The position numbers were made by a program, and so were the translations under genes. 64,000 bases of DNA, taken from Nymphaea colorata (lineage: Eukaryota). How positions within the stretch are numbered: position 1 is the stretch's first letter; each line of letters starts with the position of its first letter. The notes under the pieces are model-generated. The model saw nothing but the letters and a program-made list of their open reading frames with translations. It was not told the DNA's origin and made no database searches. Location of the stretch: positions 24,924,001 to 24,988,000 of the forward strand of contig NC_045138.2 in the NCBI RefSeq assembly GCF_008831285.2. The letters run 5' to 3'. Shown one piece after another: positions 28,388 to 42,906 of this stretch.

Positions 28388-31300
28388 TGTGAAAAATGAA
28401 TTTGTCAAAACCACAGCAGTCACCAAGTTAACTGGGCAAGTCACGTGTCAATCAACTCTGAGTTGAGCCCTGGGTTTTAAAATATGTATTGCCCCTTATG
28501 TTGATCTTAAGATGTCAGCTGCTATAAAGCTCACAAAACGTAAAATAACAAACAAGTATCTTAGTGTTCACAAGATAACAATTATTTACACATAATCGTT
28601 TATTCAATGAATTCTTTGTATTTAGCATGCATTATCAAATAGAAGTGATAAAACATGAAATCCCCATCATGCCTAGCACTTAAGCTAACAAAAGTCTCCA
28701 TGCATCAGGGACTTTGCTGTTTGGTCCTCTGGAACCTAGATATACAAAATCATTTATACAACAGAGATCTACTTACCCCATATCCAACAATGAAAACTTC
28801 CAATGGTGAGAGGTACGTCCACAAGCCACTGAAGATTACAAAAAGAAAATGACTTAAGTTTTTATCAATAATGAAGAGAAGAAGTTCATCATTGAATCCA
28901 GATATTACCTAATTGCAAAGGCATTGTAATAGAAAAAATGTGTCATCAACTCCATAAGGAACAGACTGAGTATCCAACGGATACAGTACCAAGCCACTCT
29001 GCCAGCTGAATAATTCTTGTTAGGGACATCCAACTGCCAAGAAAATGGAGCATTGGTTTAAAAATCAAAGAGATGGTCTATTCAATGACTTTTACATTAA
29101 GTCTCAAAAAGAACCAAACTGCACCATCTTCTGAACGGATCAATACATGATATTGAGATATTTAGAGACAACGATAGAAAAAAAGGATCACAAACAACCT
29201 GTGACGAGAAAGAATTGAAGCTTATAATCGGACCAGCAATGTAGAGGGGTGCATATATCAAATAACATAGATATGTCTCGAATGAGAATCTCTCTCCATA
29301 GACACTCTTCTCCTATTATATAACAGAAAAGAAGAAGACTTAGAAGTTAAACATATCCAGCCAAGTAAAAGGAATCTAAGTAGATCAGCATATTTGCATA
29401 TCTTTTAAGGCAGCAAGAGTAAGACAGAAGTACCGAATATAACATTGACATTTACCTTTTGATCAACACAACTAGTGTGAGCCCAGTAATGATCGTATGC
29501 AAAGCTGATCATTCGCAAGATCACTGCAATAATTATATAAAAATGAAAATACACACAAAAAGTTTAAGTTTAATAATTTTTTCATTACATTGATCAAGAG
29601 ATACGTTCATTATGATACACAGACACTTACATGCACATGTATCAAATTTTCCTTCTTAAAATGAAAACAGACATTTTTTTGGAAAACAAATGATACTGAT
29701 TGGAAGAGAGGTATTTCCCACAGAACTGTAACAAACTAGAAAATATGAATGAGCATAAAATGTAAATTTGTACCCAACAGAACAGCAAGAACAGTGTCAT
29801 GGTGATGGAAAGTGACATACAGACACATGCCGTTACAAGATATACAAATCGTAAAGTGAATAGAGGAACATATAATTATTCTGAAGAGATGAATGGATTA
29901 CCAAGATTGAAGCAAATTTGCCACCTGAATGTACCACGATAGCCATCCAAGAATGCCAAACCTTCTCTGACAAAATTCATTGCAATATATAATTGGTCCA
30001 GTAAAACAAAATCCACTCATGGAAACTAAAAGATAGGAATATAAAGGCTTCAGTTGACTTACCCAAACCAGGAAAATGAATATCCTTCGTAAACGCGATT
30101 ACAAAGAAGAACCAAAATGTTGAATGACCAAATTACAAATGAAAAGTACACAGATTTCAAAAATATCTGCAAAAAAGAACAAAGTTAACTAATTAGAAAA
30201 TTAAATCCTAAGCTTTTTTTTTTTTTTGTTTCAAAGATGGGAAGGGAAGGTGGGGCACTTCCTTGGCTAGATTAATTTGTTTACTAGCTAATTGATACAC
30301 GAAAATCTAGTGATATACTAATGGTGTATTCTAGAGAAATTACAAAGTCCAAAATCACTATGACATTCTTTTCTTTATAAACGTTTGAAATCAGCTGAAA
30401 AATAAAATATCCTAGTTTACTTTTTAAGTAATGATATTATTGCTGACTTGGTGAAGATGGAAAGGAGTAAAAAATGGTGGGTCATAGATTCTCATTTAGG
30501 ACAAAAATAAGAATATATTATTTGCAAGCAGACAAAAGAGTAGGAGGAAGATGTGTAGCATCATACTTTTTAAAGTTTTATCTGTATTGCAATGTCAAAA
30601 TTCAAAAGTTTGAAATACTAAGGTTTAATCTGAATCTGTCCACCTATAAAACTTATGCAATTGATACGCTATAATGTACAAGAAACATAGTTAAGCACAC
30701 CAAATTTGTAGATAACAATCTCATGACATAAGTAATATTTAAGTATGATGCACCCATATGGAAGATTAAGAGCTTTTCCAAAAACTTGTAATTATATAAA
30801 TCGATTGAAAAAGAAACACACACCACCAAAAATTTGAGGCCATAACATGAAGATTTTGGCCACAATAGAAAACCTCAAATAAGTACATCAGAACCTCCTT
30901 TTTGTGAAAGCCATCAAAAAATTTACATTTTAAGATGGCATTGTTGCCCTCTTCATCTATTTTTCACATCCTTTTATTGGTAACTTCACCATTCAACTGC
31001 AGAAGAATAAAAAAGCTGTCCCTACAATGGAAGAGACTAACACACCTTTACCAACAAGAAGTTCAATGTTGCAATAGCAAGGATAAATATGACACTGCAA
31101 ATTGACAAAGAAAGTTTAGACCAATTATGAGTAACAAGAAAATGAGAACTTACTTGAAGACAAGTACCACAAAAGTAACTTCATACCAAGCACCATGTAG
31201 ATAAGATATATAACTCAAGGAGAGTAAGAGCCAAACAATTGACATGCCTCTCCATTTTAGGTGCAGCTTCTTTCTCAAGAGATATGCCAGAAGCGTAAAC

Positions 31301-33019
31301 ACTCCAAATACAATTGTAAGAATAGCCAAATTCTCACGAAAATTCCTCCATTGGCTATCAGAAAGGTCCTACAAAAGTAATGAACTTAGGTAAATTTACT
31401 AACTTAAAGTGCATACAACCTAGCCAAGTTCGACAATTTCATGAAAGAACAGCAGAAGACAGCCTACCAACATGCCTTTAGTTTTTTCACATATTAGCAT
31501 GTAACATTCATTCTGGAGTTTGAACTTCTAGTGAATCAGTGATATGCTCAGAGACAGATAATTCTGGCAGTTCCATAACATTCAGTTTCAAGTTTGACCT
31601 TCTACTGATATGCTTAGAGCCTTAGAGACAATGATAACTTGTGATAGTTCAATCAAACCCATTCCTATGTTTGGTACATGTCTCAGTGCCAGGGCATCGA
31701 TTACATTGATGCAGATGGCATAAGTGCAAAGCTGTCCAAGAGGAAGATGAGATAGACACAGACAACCTCTGATACACAGGTGCACCTGTGCACCTGAAGT
31801 GTCGATGTCGACTCGCCTGAACACGGGTGCGGGTACGGACATGCCTCCGACACTTCAGGGGCACAGGCTCACCCGTGTATTGTTGTATCTGTAATTATAT
31901 GTTCAATATACAACATAGAATTTATATATTCAATACATTACAATATAATTATATGCATTGTATTGGATTGTAATATTAATGAATGTCTTTTTCCATATTT
32001 TTTGTGTCAGTGTGTGTGTGTGTGTGTGTATTATGTAAGGCCAGCCGTACCTGTGTACCCATGATTTTGAATTTTATCTGCACCCATACCCGCAACCCCA
32101 CCCGAACCCGCACTCGTGCCCATGTGACATAGTAGACAACAAGGTTGAAACTTGAAAGAGAAACACATTCTGGAACTTTGCAAATCAATCAACACCCAAA
32201 GTTCTTTATTTTACTTGTCCAACGTTTCCAGATTATTCAATTATACATATCTTCCTTAGATTTAAATGACATTTGATGTCAAACAGGAAGGGTATAAATT
32301 TGCAAGTTGAAATACTCGTCAGCATGTAAGAACTGCAAGGTAGCAACTCATCTTTACATCAGCATGCAGTCATATGATGTCTGGAGCACACCATAGCTCC
32401 GTTCCTCCACGCATAAATATCGAGCAACGAACAAGAAATCAGCATCCTAATTATGGAGCAACCATCTATTCTGAGTAACCCACATTTTCGATAGCGTTAT
32501 TCTTGACCTATATCCTTATAAAATACATAAGAGGCACAGCCCAAATCAAACTATTCATCTTTCAAGCAAAGAAAACGAAGTCCAGACATGTAACGAGTTA
32601 AACTTAAGGTCTCGTGCCTTTCTTTTACCCTATTCCATGACATTCAGATATCCTCTGACTCACAAAAAGAACGGAAAGAACCAAAAAGAAAAACAAGGAA
32701 GAAAGAAGGGTAGTTGAAGTACATTCAATCGATGTCCCATCCATCCTTCTCGAAGACCAACAAGTCTTCTTGAGCTCGAATAATCTGTATAATCTGACAA
32801 AAACTAAGATGAAGTCACAACGAGAATGGGAAAGACCATTAAAGTAGCCAGTATGCTCAACTAAGAAATAAAGGATAAAGAACAGGGTAGGAAGGGAAGG
32901 GACCCACCATGAGAGAGTCTCAACGACCGTTGGATGATCACTATGTAGAACGCAACAGCATAGAGTACAAGGCCCGTCGGTTCCACGAACTTCCAAGAAA
33001 CCCAACCGTCAATTGCCAT
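23631..33019 (-). CDS. Membrane-bound O-acyltransferase (MBOAT), GUP1/HHAT-like, 18 coding exons, ~511 aa
   Basis: Exons 33019-32908, 32793-32723, 31368-31187, 31094-31046, 30166-30063, 29966-29902, 29523-29456, 29312-29199, 29033-28909, 28828-28777, 27586-27524, 26923-26814, 26722-26630, 26355-26274, 25213-25136, 23979-23904, 23830-23781 and 23672-23631. All introns are GT-AG and the exons total 1536 nt in frame. Motifs [64 protein letters not shown] and the catalytic-His motif FVAIWHD. Confidence 0.92.
24479..24732. mobile_element. MITE with GC-rich terminal inverted repeats and AT-rich core (hAT-like), in an MBOAT intron
   Basis: Left end TAAGGGTGGGCGTCGGGCCGGGCCG; right end CGGCCCGGCCCGATGCCCACCCTTA. 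A related copy lies at 41628-41888. Confidence 0.8.
28313..28385. repeat. Compound (TACA)n/(TA)n microsatellite
   Basis: Seen directly, in an MBOAT intron. Confidence 0.95.
31767..32132. mobile_element. hAT-like non-autonomous element in MBOAT intron 2
   Basis: Ends in ATGTGACATAG, the same right end as 44869-45224. Flanked by an 8-bp near-duplication CAGACAAC/TAGACAAC; contains ACCCG subrepeats. Confidence 0.6.
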
Positions 33020-35205
33020 CTTCTCTCCAAATTATGAAATCTTCGTGTTCGTTCGTTCTCAATTCCTCCGCTGGTTACACCTTACCTTCCCAAGTTTCGA
33101 TGAATCGGTTCTGACCAGATTCAAGAAAATGGAGCAAGAGAAATCAGTTACCTCTGCCAACGAGTTGGATTGCATTCGGATCTGTCATTACCAAATCCAT
33201 GGGGCTCAGGACAAGATTGAAAAAGGGACTCGATGCCTGCCTTGACATTTCATCAAATGGTTGGCGCAAGGTTATGAATCCAATCTGAAGCGGCTTCCGG
33301 CGGACCGGGTCTTCTCCTGCCTATCCCCAACGGAATACGTCGCTACAGACGAGTAAGAAATTGAGAATGCTTTGACGAACAATGCTGCAGGACGGAAATG
33401 ATCTGCTTTGACGAACAACACCTATTACTATTGTTCCTAATATTCACGGAGGGAATATAGTTGGAACGTAGGAAACTGTAACCCTACTCTCTCATCAAAA
33501 TGACCTGCCTTCGGGAAGAATTTAGCTTCAGCACACGGCCTGGGAAAAAACAGCTATTTTCCTGGGAAAGTCCAGCATTTCCACGAGAAAGTGGTAGAAA
33601 CAAACGAAACCTCAAAATTTTGTGTCCTTCTAGACGTAGAGTCCACTGGTGGCACCACCGTGCTAAACTTCGCCCACTTCAGGTAACACGGTAACAACTC
33701 GAGTCTGAGTTCCATAGGCTCAAAATCAATTCAACAGTATCAACAAGCTCAAGCTCGACTTGCTTAAATCCTATAACGCGTTTATGTTTACTTGTCTCAT
33801 TTAGTTTAAATCATTTAACTTGTTCGCTCGTTTAATTAATTCAATTACGACGAATTGGTCAGTAGTTGAATTAAACTGAGTTTAAATGAGCCCAATTAAC
33901 TCGAACTCGACTTAGTTTGACATTTTGGTCATAAGTTTCACTCAAGCTTTTTCGAGCAAGTTAGCGCCAATTGACTCCATTCATTGTGCAGCAGCAGTTA
34001 CATTCATGTTTTTTTAACAAGGATTTTAAATCTCATGTTTGAAGACCATAAACTACAAGGCTCGTCAAACCACCGATCCATGCTTCATTGGCAGCATTTG
34101 AATCCATGTGTGGAGCCAAGAAACTTAGGTTGAGGGGGCACTAATTCAAGAACATTAGTCTCTTTTGAGGACACGGAATGAAGGTCGTGGTTTATGGTTG
34201 CTTTGAGATTTAGGTAAAGAATAGTACATTCATTAATTAGAGTATCACACATCTAGTTCATCAAGCATTGAACTAACAATTAGACTTTCACCGGCCCACC
34301 AATTGAACAGCTGCGCTACTCCCTAAACACAAAAAACATAGTATGTTTAAAGACACCACTATATATAAGTAAGTAAAAATTTGAATGTATCAATATAAAA
34401 TAAATAATTTTTATGGGGCTCTTTTAGGTGATATACCACTGTCAATCTCGATTTGAAACAAATACCTGCTATTTATATTGTGAACACAACTTGGATCCAT
34501 ATATCATCACAAAAAAAGAGCACCTTAGATTCACATAATTTGATTTTGGCATGGCTTTCAGAGATATGAGCCTAACCAGCCCGGCACGGTCTGAAGGTAG
34601 CCGGGGTTCATTAGTATCCTCGTGTTTGAACTCAAAACCATACAACTCTGGCGAGAAGCAGGACGCACAGTTGCGTACGTCACAGTTAACTTGGTTGCGA
34701 AATTTCTTGGGGATTATTTTTATGCCTACTCATGAAATAATTGATACGAAAAAAATATCTTCGATTCTGGCCATTGAATTATGAAGCCATTTGTTTAATC
34801 GTCGCACTTATTTCTTGAATTTGCCGTTGAAATTCATGGCTTCTGTTCCCTATGCATGGAACGTCCCGCATCGTTCGTCTTGTTGGCCCAAATTTTGAGA
34901 TCACAGAGCATGAGAAAGAGATGCATGGCTGTACATGGTCACGAGAGGACGCCCATCTATGTATTATTATGTGAAGCAGTACATGGGAAAGCAAAGCTGG
35001 GCCATGCCACATCATTCACAAAAACTACTACTACATCATCATCATGCATAATGCACAGGACATCATCATCATCAACAACCACCCCCATCATATCCCACTG
35101 CCACAGCACTTTCTCACTAAGAAAGGGAAAAAGAAAACAAAAACAAAGAGCACGCAACACCAACACCTTCTTTTCCTTTTTCTCGTGATCACTTTCATGG
35201 AGGTT

Positions 35206-36856
<1,651 letters not shown>

Positions 36857-37493
36857 CTTGGCTACTCCAATTCACAGTGCCAAGATGTTGGGGTGCTCAG
36901 AAGTGTTCACCCTCCCCTCTTAAATAAAGAGAAAGGATGTTAAAGGGAGCACATGGGCATTAAAATATAAAGAAAAGGAAAGTTTCAATACCCATCCATC
37001 TTTTATGGAATTTTATCCTCAGGTCGAGTTCAATGGAATCCAACCATTTCCCCTTAGGTTAAAAACTGAGACAGCAAGTGAGTAAATGACCGTAACATCC
37101 GCTGAAGAAATGAACAAATACTTTCAACTTGGCAAAACACCATCTACGATCCTTATCTGTAGTGGTCGCTTGAAGTTGAGTTCACATCAAATAATTCAGA
37201 AATATGAGGCTCATTTTTTAAGTTACAGAGAAAACGAGATTCCTCCTCAGCGGAAAACGATGTCCTTTTCTTGTCAGCATCACTGCACTATTTTCCCTCT
37301 GCGGCTACTGAGACCTACTTGAGCTGAAGAAGAAGGCTCGATCGGCTTACTCCATAAATGATCCTCAACTGCACATGCCAAGCCAATATTTAGGCCAATA
37401 GGTACGGCTTAAATTTGTACAGTTTTGTTTCCTAATTGATGATACAAACTTGAAGTTGGTGAAGTTTGTAAGTTGCGGAAGAAATAATATCTT

Positions 37494-37563
37494 CTATTAA
37501 CCGGCTGTAGTTGCACTCCACTGCCGTCCTATTAACCGGCTGTAGTTGCACTCCACTGCCGTC
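37494..37563. repeat. Perfect 35-bp tandem duplication upstream of the peroxidase
   Basis: CTATTAACCGGCTGTAGTTGCACTCCACTGCCGTC occurs twice in tandem. Confidence 0.9.
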
Positions 37564-38644
37564 TTCATCTGCTTGTTTATGGTTTTATATTCATAGTTTT
37601 CTTTCTTTAATCATATCTTTGCGTGAATATAAAGCTTTGGTATCTGGGATCAAGTTGTTAACTGTTTCAATTGCCAAACTAGTCCTTAGGTGAACCTTAT
37701 TCCCTTGAATGGGCTGTAACCCATCTCTTGTAAGAACGGGGAACAGGAGACTGCTCTTGTAGAGTTCGGCGACCGTTTATGTTTTGGATGAATGCCATCC
37801 ATTGCCGATGCAATGGATGGCCGACTGCAAGGCCCCAACAGCGGTTGTTCAGTGCTCAGCAAGGTTGCAATTCACATTCAAACACGATAAAAAGCCAAAA
37901 AAAATGACAGAACTCCTACATTATATTCTGTCAACTTGAGACCTTAGAGGCCGTTTGCGAATAAAAACATTATGTTATTATTTCATGCATCAAACATTTT
38001 AAAAAGTGTTTCATGAATATACCTCATTTTTTTAGGTAGATACATGAAACATGAACATATTGTTACCATTCATATTATGAACATATTGTTACCATTCATA
38101 TTGTTCAGTCTCTCTCTCCATTTATAGTAGTCCGCAAGATTTTTTTTTAATGTGGCAACTTTGCTAAATGGCATTTCAATGTCATTTGACATAATTTTTC
38201 TATGGTTCTACATTAGTGTATGAAATTTCTCTCTCATTACTATAGTTATTGTGACAAATGACATTTCGAACGTCATGTCTATTTCAAAACATCACAAAAT
38301 AGGAACCACAGAAAGAAAAGATTAACTTGGTCCTTAAAACAGGGTGAGATTGCAAACGCAATACGACTGAATTACTCAATTTCATTCAAGTGTTGTATGA
38401 CTGGATTCCTCGCTTAGAGGACACCAAAATACCAATGACACGTAAACCACAGAGGATGAGTTGACGGAAACGGAACCGAAGCAATGGTTATGGGGCTTGA
38501 AAGGCCATTTTAGGAGGCACGGGAATGGCGCCGGACGAACTGTGACGGTCGACAGAACATCAGGAACAGCACTTTGGATGCCATTGATCACATTAATGAA
38601 CATAGGACACGAAAGAGACTCCACCTCATGCAACCCTACCTACC

Positions 38645-38966
38645 TAGGGCTGTATAAAGAGACTCTCTTCCTTAAACTGGCTCGGTTAAACGAGTTGAGT
38701 TCAAGTTTAACTGAAAATCAAGCTTATAAATGAGTCGAGTTCGAGTTACATGAACTCTATTCGATTAAACTCGAATAATCTAGGTTTATATAACAAAGGA
38801 AAGAGACCAAGTTAAATGGAAAGTTGGTAAACAAACTTAAATGAGTTCAGCCTGAGCTGCCACTCAGTCTATCAATCGAGCTCGAGCCGACCTTATACAA
38901 CTCGAGCTCGAGCCGAGGAAGGTATGAAATCAAGTCGAGCTCGACTCGGGCTCATGTACAGCCCCA
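38645..38966. mobile_element. CTCGAG-rich MITE (hAT-like termini)
   Basis: Termini TAGGGCTGTATA and TGTACAGCCCCA, with many CTCGAG/CGAGTT subrepeats. Related degenerate sequence occurs at ~2440-2590, ~33695-33990 and 61220-61365. Confidence 0.65.
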
Positions 38967-41627
38967 TGGCCCTACCACTCACTAGACGACATGACCAATA
39001 TTCTAGATCCACTGTCGAGAATCAACTTGATTTGAACAAGCTGACGCAATAGATCACTAGATTTTGCTCTTTCAAACTGGGAAGGAGCGTCTAAAATCCA
39101 AGAAGGCCAAACTGTGTTTTTGTTTAGGCAACCAGACTATTGGTGGAGACCACCGTGACCATTGAGAGGACCAATTAGATAGATGCCATTATTGTGGGTG
39201 ATAAGGGTGTCAGCAGGCCTTTGGCATTTTTCAGAAGGGAGGGCGTTTGATGTGAGAAACAGAACATCATGTCCACACAATGCAGCACCGAGCATTTCTC
39301 TCGCTGTTCGATCAATTAATTGGAGTTGATAAGAAACTCACTTAATTTTCGCGTCTGTTCGACTCAAGTTCAGATAACACGTGTTCTGGCTACCCAAGTG
39401 CCTGTACCCAAGGCCAATAAAGATGAAAGGCAACAAGACCAACTCTATCTACCATGGATAAAGCCACATCTATTATTGTCCGCAAGGAATTCATATAATG
39501 TCGGCTAAGTGGTAGTTGTAGAGTGCCCACAAACGCTAAGATCATAATCAAACAAAAAATTTCGTTGAAAAGCAATTAAGTGTATTTGTTGGTGACAAAT
39601 GGTACACCGACTGTATTTCATGCTCTAAACCGATCTTGAACTTATAGGCATAAGGAAAGAAATAGGGGTTTCAGATCCCTCTTAATAGAGGTGGATTGTT
39701 TATTTGCTTTTACATAGTCTTATATAGATTTCTTATAATTATTTACATTCGAAGTTTTTTTTCTTTTCTCTTTTTTCTTTTTCTTTGTTCTTCTTACATT
39801 CAAGATCATTCTCTCTTTATCATTCTTTCTTTTTTCTTTTTCTTTTTGTTGCATTCAAATCAAGAGCTGTATTGATATATCAGATGTCTACATATTTCAC
39901 CTTGCAGTAGCTACCTACCCAAAGACGGCAACACAACATAATGGGTCCCAACCCATTCATTTGAACTCTGCCTCCGCCAGAGCAGAGCCGAGCCGAGCCG
40001 AGCCGAGCCGAGCTTGGTTGGCTTCCACGATCGGTGTGACCACCGACAGCTCTGACTCTGACACCCAAGGAAAATCATGCAACCGTCCACGTCATCGCTC
40101 ATCCCCATCCTTAACTTAACCACGGTTAACCCTGCTCTCAGAATTCTTTTGGCATCTTCTAGCCTTCCACGTGGCAGGTGAAGTGTCTAGGCCGTCCATC
40201 TCCATCTTGTTCCGAAAAGACAGGGGCCGCGTGCTCGACGACTTCGAGTGAAAAGAGAGGGCTAATATCGTCAAAGTGGCGAGATTTTACCTTGACTTCC
40301 TGGAGGCCATTTTCGTCATTGACTACAGAATCACGTGAGCCAACTAAAGAATACGACAGATTGCCGAACCCCATCGAACGCGGAGTTCCGCCCATCTCAA
40401 CCATTAGATTCATCGCCTTTAGCATCAACCGTACACGTGTCTTGCGCAACTTGGCCGCTTCATTTTAAGTCCAAGAGTCGGGTCCTGGATGAATCCAGAT
40501 CCGGATCGATCTGACTCGGAGTTGGACCCTAATGTGGGGGGATGCAAAAAGCAAATGTTTGCTTGTAATTGGATTACGTTAGGATCTTATATCTGGTTGA
40601 AATCCGAACACTTCGAAATATGATTCTCACTGATTTCAAATATTTGGATTCCGATTCCAATCTAACATCAAATTATATGTTGACACTCATAAGATCAGCA
40701 TGATTTTGATTGAATAAATAGGTATAGAATTTTTGTTCATGTGACTTCCCTATTCATGGTTTTGTAGCCATATTCATGCAATTAACGTTACAAAATAGTT
40801 AGATTTAATACTCGTTAAAATGTGGGATGAAACAGATGCTCCAAGTTTCGATACTGATCGATCCGCCCATTTGAAACAAATGGTAAGAACACTTTTTTGA
40901 AATATATTAATAAGAATGTTTCGTAAGAACAACTTGCTTATCTATGAAGAAAAAAAAAAAAAAAAGGAACTCAACGAGAAAGGCAAGCATGACCCCAGTT
41001 TTCTCTCCACTTGGGGCCGCTCTTGGTTTTTATATGCATAAAATGTTGGCTTTTGAACCGTTTAAAGACAGACTGAAGGGAATGTCAGCACCCATTTATT
41101 GTTATCGTCCAGTGATTCTAGCTCATACAATAATATTATGTTACAGGTTTATTCAATGACCGGTGACAAACGACCTCTGAAAGCACTCTAGAATGTCTGG
41201 AAAAATTACCCAAGGTGCCTCCGTCTCGGATAACTTCTCACGCTAAAAAAAGTCGTGCTCTCTCAAGTTTGACGTTTTCACTTCCTTTTCGTTCAAACGT
41301 CCTCTAGTCAAGCTGGTTCCTCATATCTTAACCATGCAGTTTGATCACCGATCCGCCATATAGGCCTGTATTGCCCTATTTTATCCTCTCTCTTTTTTTC
41401 TTGTGAATTGAAAAATATTTTCAAATTGATGCAAAGAACATTATTATAACTGTATGGGCAATGTGTATCGGCTGATATAGACTGACAATAATGACACTAA
41501 TAAAGTATTAAGTCATAGGACCCAGGGGTCAAATCACAAGTCAGAAATGCCCACACGACATATCCAAATCCAAAGATAAAGATCAACATCCAAATCTAAC
41601 TAAAAATGTGGAGACAATGAATCCAAA

Positions 41628-41888
41628 TAAGGGTGGATGTCGAGCCAGCCCGGTTGGGCCTAGGCTTGGGCCAAAATTTTTCGGGCCTGGGCCGGGCCCG
41701 AGACTGATAGGCCAGCCTGTTTAAGTTTAAAAAATATATTTTTTTAATTTTTTTTGTTTTAATAATATATATTTATTATTAATAAATATATTTTATATTT
41801 TAAAAATATTTTATGATTAAAAATTTGTTTTTTATTTTTAAACGAGCCGAACCCGGGCCAAGACCCAAGCTATCGGGCCGTGACCTTA
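41628..41888. mobile_element. Second, more diverged copy of the TAAGGGTGG MITE family
   Basis: Shares the left end TAAGGGTGG, the GGGCCGGGCC subrepeats and the internal core TTTTGTTTTAATAATATATATTTATTATTAATAAATATATTTTATATTT (near-identical) with 24479-24732. Confidence 0.75.
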
Positions 41889-42056
41889 AAATGTGCTTAG
41901 ATGTTTTAATTAGTATCCTCGAATTAAATCGACACAAATGTTGATGGATCAAGAGGTTCAGGTTGGTCTAAGATCCGGAGCAGTAAGAAAAGTAAAATTT
42001 AAAAGAAAAATAATTTCCTCCTCAGCATCCTAGCCTCACCAAGCTATGTACCCCAA

Positions 42057-42311
42057 GGGGCCGTTTGATAATGAGAATATACCACAAAATTTGGGATAGA
42101 TTAATGAACATTTTTTTAGGTGTTTTATAAATCTGTCCCAATTTTTTGGTAGATTCATAGAGCAGTTACACTTCACCAAACAGCCCCAAAGAGCGTTCGG
42201 TAACAAAACGTTACATTTTTTGGAACACAGTGTTTCATGAATGCTCCCGTTTTTTTTTTCAACAAATTCATAGAACACTCCACAGAATACAGCGTTCCTG
42301 TTACCAACGCC
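42057..42311. mobile_element. Two adjacent small Tourist-like MITEs
   Basis: 42057-42187 has imperfect TIRs GGGGCCGTTTGAT / ACCAAACAGCCCC. 42191-42311 has GAGCGTTCGGTAACA / TGTTACCAACGCCC. Target duplications are imperfect. Confidence 0.5.
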
Positions 42312-42906
42312 CTATAACGTTGTCAAATTTGGTGCTGCCAGCTGATATCGGTCCCTCGCTGGAGGAAAAAAAAAAAAAAAAGGCTGACAAAAAGCTAGGC
42401 CATTTTTAGACCTCCAGTCCATACTTACTGGCTCCATCTTATAGCCGAAAATTCTCAATTGTTTGCACGCCAATTTCGAGCACCATGTCTCATGTAGCTG
42501 CATGATAAGAGAAGCAAAATTACAATGCCACTATGGAATAAGTGCAAGTACCATTAATCTACTAAACATTTCATTATTGAGGAAACCACATAAATACATT
42601 TTTCATATTCTAATTTGATAACATTCCATTATCCAGCTACTCCTAAATGTGCAACCTACCCAAAATGGAAGATTCAAAATCTTCAATTAATCTTCCAACA
42701 GAGAGACGTTCCCAACAGATTATATGGACCTTAAGTACAGCAGACAACCTTCTTAGGGCATAAGAACAGACACATTTTCGCACAGTAAGATGACCATGAC
42801 AGTGAAAAATCGGTTGTTTCGGAACAAGCTTGACATGCTAGTTCAACCTCAGCTTCAGTTTCCTCTTGAGCCTTGAGCCAGTTCAGATTGAGAGGTATAG
42901 CCCCCC

